DNA of 64,000 bases from Raillietiella orientalis (Eukaryota): positions 3,410,001 through 3,474,000 of the forward strand of contig JAYWIR010000011.1 in the NCBI GenBank assembly GCA_036172245.1, read 5' to 3'. This document shows positions 22,200-33,564 of this stretch, piece by piece. Under the pieces are notes generated by a model. The model was not told the DNA's origin and made no database searches. It worked only from the letters and a program-made list of their open reading frames with translations. Position 1 is the first letter of the stretch; each line of letters begins with the position of its first letter. The position numbers were made by a program, and so were the translations under genes.

Positions 22200-25100
22200 A
22201 TGAAGTCACCTGTCCCGAAAGCAGCAACTGACAGCAAACGGAGGCAAAGCACTGTGTCTGATAAACCAGTTGGAAAGTCGTAAGCTTTTTAAAATACTAG
22301 TTTAAAATCTGTTTGCAATGCATAAAATTTATGATTTCGTGTGATTTTAGATTCCCAAAGAAAGCGAAAAAATCAGAATCTTGTTTTCACTGCCGTCAAA
22401 AGTTGGATGATCCAAATTTATTAATATATCCAGGTCATCCCCCAGATGCTGTAGAAGAATTTATTGCTCTAACCAATCCCGTCTTGTCTGTATTTACTGG
22501 AAACGAAGAAAACATTACAGAAGCAGATCAGTTACCGCAGCAAAAAATTACTCAGTTCTGGTATAAGAATTCGTGTTGCATTTAAAGTATCATTTGATAG
22601 TGATTTGCGAGAAATGATGCTGCTATTACTTTGATGAGAAGTAAACAGTAGTTTATCAATTTTTGTATTGTAATGCTTCCCATTTTCTGTTGCATGATGG
22701 TAGCCTTCGTAAATGGAATGGCTTTTACTGATGCTTAAATTCATGATATCTTCTATGGTGAAGGCTTTGAATTGCACTATGAATTCATGTAAAAGTATAT
22801 AAGGTCCATATCAGTTTTCATGAGATCTTTGATATGGAATCAGCATTCTGTTGAATATTGCTTTACAGCTCCCAAAGTTTTATTCTTCAAACTCCTTTAC
22901 CACTCAAGTATGGGAAAAGACAGACTTTCATTCAATATGAGATGTATTTGGAAAAATACCTGAAAGTTATCTGCTTTTCAGTGTGTATGATGAAGTGGGC
23001 CATTTATGTCCCTTCGATTCAGGACTTATTGAGCGCAATGTGTTTCTCTATTTCTCAGGTTTCTTAAAGCCTGTTTATGATGAAAACTCCGATACTGAAG
23101 GTAAGAAAAAAAAGAAACATGTAATGTCAGTTTGTCAATCTTTCTCTTAGGAGGTGTTCCTGTAAAAGATTTGGGACCTATCAATGAATGGTGGATATCT
23201 GGTTTTGATGGAGGTGAACTGTGCATTATTGCATTCGCCACACCTTATGCAGAATACTTTCTTATGGAACCACATGAATGCTATTCATTCTACATGCTAC
23301 AGGCAAAGGAAAAAATTTACTTAACCAAGCTTGTGATTGAACATTTAGAAGACAATGAGGACTCAGATTATGAATCACTGCTGCACAGAGTAGAAGTAAG
23401 TGTAATTACTCGTGGAGTTTGTATAAATATTTCAATGCAGACAGCAGTTCCGCCTCTTGGAATCAGTACTTTTACAGAAGACAGTCTACTTTGTCATGCT
23501 CATTTTATCTGTGAGCATATCCGTAACTATGATGCTAATGGCAATGGAGAACGACATTTACTTCTTGAACAACCTGTGCAGGAGTTAATGAAGCTTTCTG
23601 GTGTTGATCTAAGCAAAAAGTGCGTTTGTTTTCTTTGATCTAGCTTATTCTGAATTCTAGAACAACACTCAAACTCAGTTGTCGGTTAAAGCAGAGTGTA
23701 TTGTCTTCGTTGATGCAGCAAAAGAAGTTTAGTAAAGCTGCTACAACTCTTTTAGTTCGCGAAGTATTCGAAATGTTCTTCTCAGAACAAATCGAAGATC
23801 AAAAGGATAATATGAAGGTGTGTAATAGGAGAATTCGAGGCGTGAGGACATATCTTTGTAGGGACCTAGGAGAAAACGTTGTGGTTTGTGTGAAGCTTGC
23901 CAGCTGTCTGATTGTGGAGAATGTGTGGCATGTCGAGATATGATTAAGTTTGGAGGCCCTGGACGTGGTAAACAGTCGTGCATCCAGAGGCGGTAGGGTT
24001 TTCTAGAATGAAAACTTACTGAGTTTCGACCAGTTGTCCGCATATGGGATTAGAGGATGCTGATCTGGAGGATCACACTTTGAGTCCTGAAATTTTGGAT
24101 AAAAAACCAGCTGAACGTAGATGCAGAGAAGTTGGATCTTGGGATGTTTCTTGGATTGGTACTTCCATTCAGGAAGAAGGACGTAGAATTTTTTACAGGT
24201 AAATTGTCAAACACTTGAATGATGCAACAATACCCAGAAACAGATCTGTCTCCATTAATGGGAAAGATTTTACGTGTGGTGACTTTGTATCCATGGAGTC
24301 ATGTGATCCTACTGCATCCTTGTATCTTGGCCAGCTTATGTTTCTGTTTGAGGACCGACATTCTAGCATCAAATGGATGCACATTCGTTTCTTTGTGTGC
24401 GTTCTGCATGCCAAAATGGGCAGCAGCTGGTATCTTACAGAAGGGGACAGGAGACTGTTTTGGGTGAGACTGCTGATCCACAGGAGCTGTTCATGGTGGA
24501 TGAATGTGAAGATATGTCAGTGAGATGCATTAAAGACAAGGTAGTTTATACAGTATCTGTGGGAATCTTGCATTGTAGCTTAGGTTCATGTGCAACAATT
24601 GTCTGTGATGGACAGAATAGGGGACCAGAATTGGACCATGCCAGCTACTATAGATGGCAGTTTTTATTTTAGTAAATTGTAAATTATACCTTTTGAGTCA
24701 GTTGCTAGTTGTTATTTACTGCTATTAGATATCAGACTATCAGTGGTCGTTTCGAGGATCTGCCCAAACCCAGTACTAGCATTCAGCATTCTCATAAATT
24801 TTGTCCTTCCTGCGAAAGAATCAAACGACTTACAAATCAGGAAACGCCTATACTGGGACCACGAATACCAGGGCAGTCTGAGGGAGAACAGGTAACTTGT
24901 TTTCATGCTTCTTACCTGTAATGCTCTTTTTTAAGGTGACCTACAGCTATGTGATATGGAAAGAACATCGTTACCAAGCAGGCGATTGTGTATATTTATA
25001 TCCTGAAGCCTTTTCATTTGTTGTGCAGGAATATCGCAACCATGCTTCCAAGGAGGAATCCGAGGAAGTGGAAGTAGTAGACCCAATTGCTTGTTTTTCA

Positions 25101-27461
25101 TTTTTTGACACTTATTTTGCAGAAAGACGCAAATATTTACTCTGAATATTACCGTAAAGCTACAGGAGCTCCTAAAGGTAGTGGAGAAAGTATGCAGTCT
25201 CCATTTCGTGTTGGTTGCATTTTGTGCATTTTTACCTGCCAAGGAAGCTCAGATTGGGATCAGCCAATCTTTATCAAAGTGAAGAAATTTTATCGCCCAG
25301 AGGATACCCATCGAGGATGGGCAGCTAGTCATCGCAGTCCTCTGACTCTCCTGTATTGGAGTGATGAGGGTAAAAGAAAACTTTCCTTTTGTGGACTATG
25401 TGTTTCTTTAGAGGAAATAGTTGATTTTCACCATGTGTCTGGAAAGTGTTATGTTGTTTGCACTCATGCAATAGATGGTCCAGTGGAGGAATGGCTAACA
25501 GCTGGACCTGATAGGTTTTATTTTGATCAAGTATACAATGCTGGCACTGCTTTACTGCAAGATCCTCGGGGTGAAGCTAGATCTTTTGGTTGCTTGGGAA
25601 AAGTAAATACTTCTGCTTTCTGTGGTTGTCTCATTCTGAGGTTTTGCTAGAAAGGAAAAACAAAAATGTATTCCAAAGTCTCGCCACCACCAGAGCTACC
25701 TCAGTTTCCTCAACTGAAAGTTCCTCTTAATTCTCTGGATGCTTTTGCTGGATGCGGAGGTCTTTCAGAAGGATTTCGTCAAGCTGGACTCTGCCATTCT
25801 CATTGGGCAATTGAACTGGACGAACCCAGTGCTTTTGCTTACAAATTAAACAATCCAGGTTGTGTGGTGTATGTTGAAGACTGTAATACTGTTCTACGTG
25901 ATATTTTGGATGTTAGTATAACTGTCGTAATTCCGAGAATTCATTATTATTTCAGGGAAAGCAAGCTAATCTCAAAGGCCAGAAATATCCTCAAAAAGGT
26001 GATGTTGAATTGCTTTGTGGAGGGCCTCCTTGTCAGGGATTTAGTGGAATGAATCGTTTTAATTCTCGTCAGTACTCCTTATTTAAGGTCAGTTGTAGGG
26101 GATGAATGTTGTGAAAATTGTTACATGTGTATCCAGAATTCCCTGATTGTCACTTTCCTCAGCCTGTGTGACTACTTTCGTCCACGCTTTTTTGTTTTAG
26201 AAAATGTGCGTAATTTCTTCTCTTTTAAAAAAGGAATGGTTCTTAAATTAACCTTACGTTGCCTGCTGAGGATGGGATATCAAGTGTCATTTGGCACCTT
26301 GCAGGCAGGACAATATGGAGTACCACAAACTCGCCGCAGGTTTGTTGGTGGTTTCCTCACACAAATTACATCAAGTGTCCAGAGCATTTATCTTGGCAGC
26401 AGCTCCAGGTGAAACTCTTCCCAATTTTCCAGAGCCATTGCATGTATTTTCCATGAATGCTGGTCAACTTAGTGTTCAAGTTGATGACATTCGAGTAAGT
26501 TGGAAGTTTACTTTAACATTAGATTGTTTGCTTAGTACACCAACAACCATTTATGGGTGGAGTCTGCTCCTTACCGTATGATTACTGTGCGGGATGCTTT
26601 GTCTGATTTGCCTGACATTGCCAATGGTGAAAATAGAGAGGAAATGAATTATGGAGGTGATCCTGATTCAGATTTTCAACGTCAGGTGTATAAATTATTT
26701 ATCTGTGGAGTACTAACCTTGTGCAGATGAGAGGTTATCAGCATCAGCCACTGCTTAGAGATCATATTTGTAAGAAGATGAGTGCACTGATGGAAGCTCG
26801 TATTCATCATGTCCCTGTGGAAGCTGGTGCAGATTGGAGGGATCTGCCAAATATTGTTGTGCAACTGAGTGATGGCACTTACACAAACAAGCTGTGAGAC
26901 ATTTGAGCACACTTATCCAATAATGTTTTCAGAGAGTACCGGTATCATGATCAGAAGAATGGCTTTTCTTCAAGTAAGGCTTATCGTGGAGTATGTAGTT
27001 GTGCAGAAGGACATCCATGTGACCCGAAGGATCGTCAGTTTAATACACTGATACCATGGGGATTACCTCACACAGCAAATAGGCACAATAATTGGGCTGG
27101 TTTATATGGTCGACTGGAATGGGATGGCTATTTTAGCACAACAATTACCAATCCAGAACCTATGGGAAAACAGGTTTGTGCTATGGAGAGTCTAGCAGAT
27201 ATGTGTGTCCAGGGTTGCATTCTTCACCCAGAACAACATCGAGTGGTTAGTGTACGTGAGTGTGCACGCTCTCAGGGATTTCCAGATACCTACCGTTTCT
27301 ATGGAACTATTTTGGACAAGCATCGCCAGGCAAGTAGCTTTTAAGATTTTCAAATTCATCATCCATGTGTATAGGTGGGTAATGCTGTTCCTCCACCTCT
27401 GGCCAAAGCTATCGGTATGGAGATTATCAAAGCAATCACCACAAAGTATTGTGATCAATAA
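22200..27461 (+). CDS. DNMT1: DNA (cytosine-5)-methyltransferase 1, multi-exon
   Basis: Spliced translation gives RFTS ([28 protein letters not shown]), CXXC ([30 protein letters not shown]), BAH1/BAH2 and catalytic motifs [43 protein letters not shown]. First exons 22200-22279, 22351-22560, 22982-23100, 23151-23395, 23441-23619; last exon 27375-27461. The start codon is inferred. Confidence 0.97.
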
Positions 27462-27477
27462 AACGAGCTTTATTTAT

Positions 27478-29069
27478 TTAAAGTAGTGCGCAAGTTTCAT
27501 TTTGCTGAATCCCAAAAGGAACTTCTTTTACAGCTGATAGCATTTTTGCACTTTTTTTGGGATTTGCAGAAACACCTCCTTGGAAGGCAGCGTAAGCTGC
27601 ATCTGTCCAATGGGGACTCATGGATGGTAATTTAAATGGCTGAGCCAAAGTAAGAGTTGAGATTGGCTTTATATTCAGCTCTGGGGCGGATTGAGGAACC
27701 AGCTGATGATAGCTATATGATAACCAGAATAGCATACATAAGATTGTATAGGTTTACTCACATCATATTGTTTTCATGTTCACAGTGTTTCAGACCCAGA
27801 TGTAACAATGAAGATAACTTTGTGATGATGGGCTGAACATGGCAATGAACTCTTCCTATTCCCTTGGTGTTGTTGTACTGGTTAGTCAATTTTGTTAGGC
27901 ATTCCAAGTCTGCATTTTTTTTATAAACTGCTTCCCTTTCTGTGATAACCTACATTCCAATGACTTCCGAAGAACCGCAACTGCATCCCCAGCTTGCTCT
28001 TTTTTAAGTAGCATCATACCCTGGTAATGTTGTGCCTATTATGCAGCAGAGTTCTTATGCTCTTCAAACATTCTGCATGCATACATAAGCCTGATAGATT
28101 ACAGCTTTGAGCTGCAAATAGATTTTCCATTTGCCAAGTGGATGTCCCTTCAAATTTTCTAACGTTGCCTTTCCTTTTTCAAAGTGCTGACTGGTGTCCA
28201 GTGCAACTGATGCAAGCAGTTCATTGTTGTGTCCTTTTTCCAGGGCTTGGGAGAATGTAACTGCAATTGCCTGAATGCCATCAAATCAATAATGACAGGA
28301 GATTACCTTCTTGTGCTTCTGCTGTGCATTGCAGAATGTATGCCATGCAAAGGGATGAACTTAAATCTGATCCAGGAAGTCCTTTATCTGACAATAAAGG
28401 AATAAAATCATTCTGCATGCCTTCAAAGACACCAGCAGCTTGGCGAAGAGAGTTATGAATCATTTTAGCATCCGATTCAGTTACTGTTCTGATGTGGCCA
28501 AAGAGGTCATGGACAGTTTTAAAGCCAGAACTCTGCTTACTGTTTTGCAGATAAAAATGCTGCATGTTTCATCAACCAGATGGCTACATTTTGACACATG
28601 GAGACCAACTCAAACACAGCATCATCTAATGTGCTGAAACAGCCTTGCCTGATGTACTTTAACGTTTTGTACCTACTCTGCTTTGTTACCCAGAACTGAG
28701 TGGGTCCACTTGAAATATATGGCATTGCGCAATTTGCTGTCCTGTACCTGAACGAAATAATTGCTCCATCACCACAAGTTAGTCGTTTTATTACTTCGCC
28801 AGATCCATTCCAATGAATTAAGCCCGCAACAAGTGATAAGTACTTCCTCCACAAAGTGTCGACGCTTTCCCATTCCAGCGTTGGGTTGGCGAGTAACTCC
28901 AACAATTTCCTCCGTGTGATCCGTAGCTCACTACAATTCGTATATTCCAAGTATTCCAAAAGTGACGCTACCTGCATATTCGAACTGCTTCAGCATTTGC
29001 TACAGTAATCTGTAGCTCGAACTTTTCGGGTGCAGTGGCTTTCAAGTTGTTGCGGTGAAACCAGTACAT
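27478..29069 (-). CDS. BROX: BRO1 domain-containing protein BROX, multi-exon
   Basis: N-terminus MYWFHRNNLKATAP, internal DAVFELVSM, SLRQAAGVF, AYILQCTAEAQE, and C-terminal CAAX box CALL*; short GT-AG introns. Confidence 0.93.
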
Positions 29070-29099
29070 GATTTCTTAAAATTACGTAAACCCCAATAT

Positions 29100-29900
29100 T
29101 TTAATGAGCACTTATGGGAGTGCGCGTGTGCGTGCGCACACGTACAGACGTGCACATTTACGCATACATGTGTATACTTGCACAAGCGTGAATAGAAACA
29201 CAGTTTACACGTACAAATAAACACTCGAAACAGGGCCGTAAAGTGAACAATCATACTTCGTGGCGGGCTGGTGGGACGGGCGCAGTGTGCTCTCGGCGAA
29301 CCGTTCGGCACGGCCCGAACGTTGCCAGAAGGCACGGAGCACGTCGACTTGAGAGTTTACTGATGGTTACGACTTTCGTCGTTTCCCAAACGCGGCTCCC
29401 CGCCCCCACCCCCCTTCCGGGGGGACACGCGCCTTCCTGCGAGCGCGGCGGCGCCTGCCCACCTTTCTGCACGCGCCACTGCGACCCGACTCGCTCGCGG
29501 AATCACCGAGGGCAGCCTGGCGCCCCTGTATTTATTGCGAAACTGCAGTACTGCCCCGTCGATAGTACTCTGTTTCACGTACGACTTTCGTACCCATTTT
29601 TTCCTGCGGTGACGTCACGAAGTGGGATCTTATCGAGCAGTCTCGGTTTGTAGAATCCGAACGCGGTGGGCATCGCGTTACGAAAACTGAGCTCTGTTTC
29701 GGCTGAGCCATCAGTTACCGCCTTGCTACGCGTCAGCTGTGCACGCTGGGCGCCCCTGTCCACGACTGTGAGTTCGTATCCCATCCGGAAGGATCACTTT
29801 TTTGTCCGTCCTCCGGCGATTTGGATCGCTTCCGGGGGCCTTTTGGCTAGGACCGTAGCGTGGGTTGGTCATCGCCGATCCGTCCTTCCTCCTTCTTGGG
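29100..29900. promoter_or_regulatory. CpG/GC-rich island, likely promoter of BROX and possibly shared with the DOR-like gene
   Basis: Abrupt CpG-rich patch directly upstream of the BROX ATG; contains the palindromic CRE GTGACGTCAC at 29609-29618. Confidence 0.6.
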
Positions 29901-32326
29901 GACATTGACGTAAACCTAACACGTATCTGCGAACCAACTGAGAGAACAAAGTTTTCCGTGGCGGTAGCTGAGTTGCATGTTTCCCCAGGCAGCGTTCTTT
30001 CCAGAAATTCTCAAATGTTCGTAGCTGTAGCTGCGACGAAATCGAGGCATTCCTCAGAACGGCGTTTCCCAAACTTTTCCTACGACCGAACATTTCACAA
30101 ATGCCGACATTTCAACGCAATACCTTGGTGATTCCACAGGGTAGGTAGATAGCAATAGTAAGTAAATTAAACAAGCAAATATAAGAGTTGAGAAAACAAA
30201 GCGAACATTCATTCTCGTAGTTTTACTGATGTAAAACGAAACACATGAGAACGGAAAAATAAACTTGATGGCATTTGAAATATATTAATTTTCATAAATT
30301 GGCGATTTTTCGCGGAAACCTACCTTAGTACATCACAGGACCATAGATTCTTCAATGGACTCCGCAGCCACTACACAAAGAAAGTCTGTGATTACCATAT
30401 ATGTTTTAAAACTGCTAGATTTTATTGAAGGTTTCTTGTTTCAGGCTTTGTTGTTCGTTTATCATCATTTATATCAATAATTAAATTGCATCACAAATGA
30501 TCCTCTAGTTAAGATTAGATAATGAACAGTCAGTGCTCAAGCATGCCATAGCAGATGTAAATATCTCTCTCGTAGAAAATTCACTGCAACTCTGAACATT
30601 ACACTTTGGTTCGTTGTCTACATTGATTGATTGTCCGACTGATTTAAAATTGCTTTAGAGTGAAAGCCAAATTCTGTGAATGTAATAATTAAATTGTGAA
30701 GGTGACGAATGTAAGCTAACTATGACATTGCAATAGAAAGAAATTTTGCTCTCTTGGAACTTCCTTTTCCATGTGAGAACTAGTAACGATAACGTACGAG
30801 TTTTCTGAGATGAAAAAAAAAATCTAATCAAAATGATCTGCAGCTCAAATATTTTCCATATTTTCCAAGTCAGCAGAGGAGTTGTTTTCCTGGTTGAGAG
30901 GTAGCTAAATACGTCACGTGTCCCGGGCCCCCCAAAATAAGTACTTCTATTAAAGTGACTTTGAAACTTTCTCAAATGTTACTTTTTATAGTTCTGGCAC
31001 ATATTGATCCAGGAAATCTGGTAATTATTTGCCGTTTGGGAGAACAATTTTTCTCTCCTTGATCATTGCTTGCATTTCATTTCATGCTTTAATTTTGGAT
31101 TTTAGTTTCTATGATTGTCGTTAGTATTTTCAGCTTTTTTGTTTCAGCTAGGAAGTATAGCTGAGGTGTACTTAGAATATTTGTTGTATTTTTGGATTGC
31201 AACCAGGAAAAGGTTGTACCCTAATTAGCATGGACTTGTGATACTGTTATCGTTAAATTACTATCCGCGATTTGTAGAATACTTAGTTTCAATCGTCTGA
31301 ATACCACTGTAATCATGTGCTCAATAGAAATAGCTAAATGTTACTGAGTCATTTGTGTCCTTGGTGATTTTTCCCTGAAGACATTTCGAGGTAAGATCAA
31401 TGAAATTGCAAGCTTACTATTTTCGAGCCAAGTAATGCGTGGTAGGAGTCCCAAAATGCTCGCAGGGGAAAAAAACATTGTCGACATTTGTAAATTGATC
31501 TCTAAAGTATTTTTAAGGATATTCTGGACGAGTGGGGTTTGGCGGCTTTCTGTCCGTGCAGTTGATGGGAAACTGTGATATGTGGCTTTATTTCATAGAA
31601 TCACGTTCAATCTTCGTTCAACATTTCTCATATTCCAAATCACCCGAAACGTACGAATAGCTTGAAAATCGTACATGACTTGTGTCGTTTCTGCTGAAAG
31701 ACATTCCTTTTGCTGAGGAGTGAATTCAGGAGATTGGCTTTCAGAATCCAGATCGGCAGTTTTGTAACCACTCGGACCGTGGTACTGAGCTTGATTTCAA
31801 CGGGAACATCCGAGCTGCCTCCGAACGCGTTTCATGGAATGAGCTTTGCCGAGGAACAGTTCGAAAGCAAACGAGAATTTCGATCACTCGTAAGTGTGAA
31901 ACATAAGAACCGAGAGAAACTGCTCCAAGAGTATGAGGAAGGCTCCAGACGAGCAACGTTCGTGGGAAACACACATGGGGCAAAACAAAGCACGCGACGT
32001 ACGATCCTTTCGAAAATATATATATATATATATATAAACATAACTCTAAACTACAGATAAATCGAGAGGAAAGTGACGGACGTGCCAGAGAGTAAATCGA
32101 AACTCATCCCGGATACAACTATTTCTGTTTCATGGGGAACGTTGACAGTGATAGGGACGTCTCATGCGAATCCTTTTGTTTTGTTCGATGATCTGGCGAT
32201 GTAGCGAGCGTTGCCGATAACTGCCACGGTCCGATAAGTGGGGCCGGAATAGCTGTGTGTGTGCTTTCATGGGATGTTTGTATTTTACCAGAAGTCCCCA
32301 CTGGAGAATCGTTCGAAGGGATCATT

Positions 32327-33536
32327 ATGTTTCGCAGCATCTTCAACTTTCTGCTGAGTTCATCAATGGGTGAAGAGGAATCGTCCCATTTCAGTGAAAG
32401 CGACGAAACCGAAACCGGAGATTGGGTTGTGGTGACAAAAAAAGGTGAACCGTACACAATCATTTTGTTTGCCGGGTTATGCTTTCGCAGTCACTGTTCT
32501 GTTGTGCATTGCAATTTTGGCTTGCATGGTTTTGTAACTTTTGAGTAGTGGAAACGAATCTGGCAGTAACGCTTATTTGGGCAAGACGTTGGGGAGCATC
32601 ACAGGATACAAAAGTATCCTGAAGTGGAGAATGTTGTTTCCGATTATTTGATCGTCTTCCCATTTAGAATTTGCAAAAAAGGTACATTGTCACCGGAACA
32701 CTGTCCAAGTAATTTTTACATGAAAGGTCCACGCAGCCAATATTCACACTGTCCACATTTTCAATGTTCTGATTTTAGTGCGGTTTACTTGGCCTGCATG
32801 TACAGCTCAAGCTATACATTAGCTCGAGCTGTACATGTAAACTATACATTCTGCCCATCAAACCTCATATGGAAAATGGCATAATATTCTGTTCCTTCAA
32901 AACATCACTAATGATATTTTGTTTTAAGAGTTTTTAATGAAATTACTGTTTATTTATGTTTTTCAAGCTGTATTCTGTTTAAGAAAATAAAGATGAAGAA
33001 GAAAATGCATACACAGCAACTCCAGCTGAGTCTTCACCTGATCAGATTTCAAACAACTGTTTTAAGAGCAAACCAACTGTGGAATCCAATGTTTCACAAG
33101 TAAAGCATTTAGATGGATCCGAAAGATCGAAAATGCAGATTCCACCCAATGTAGCACATAAATCTTACGTACTAAAGTATTAATGTGATGCGCATGTGGA
33201 TGTTGCAAATTGTTTTTCTAGGAGACGAGCAAAAGCTAAGCAGATACATGAGGGAGTAGCACGAGAAGTAACAGTCCCTAAAGTAATTTTGCAAAGTCCT
33301 GCACAATTGATTTCTTCAGGATCTGTAAAATTCAAGGTAGAATGTGCCATCCTATTTCTTATTAAAGTTGATTTTCCTTTTAGAAAGTATCACCTGAGTG
33401 GAAGCAAACCTTAAATAAACCTAAACATTTGAAACAACTGAATAATGTAAAGAAATACAATCAAAGAAAACACAAACAACCCCGTAAAGATAAGATGCAA
33501 CATCCTTCAAGAGTAAATAATAACAGAAAATGCTGA
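32327..33536 (+). CDS. TP53INP/DOR-like protein (192 aa, 4 coding exons)
   Basis: Exons 32327-32444, 32984-33176, 33222-33336 and 33384-33536 splice in phase; N-terminus MFRSIFNFLL followed by an acidic LIR-type motif ETETGDWVVV; basic C-terminus ending SRVNNNRKC, as recalled for arthropod DOR proteins. Confidence 0.7.
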
Positions 33537-33564
33537 TTTTTTAGGATATAGTTAATAACATAAA

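Noticed and set aside
23698..23718. 21-nt GT..AG micro-intron in DNMT1
   Set aside because: In frame without stops (VLSSLMQ) and about half the size of the shortest clear introns (41-45 nt), so treated as coding.
32016..32037. (AT)n tract and scattered poly-T/poly-A runs
   Set aside because: Ordinary simple repeats with no further structure.
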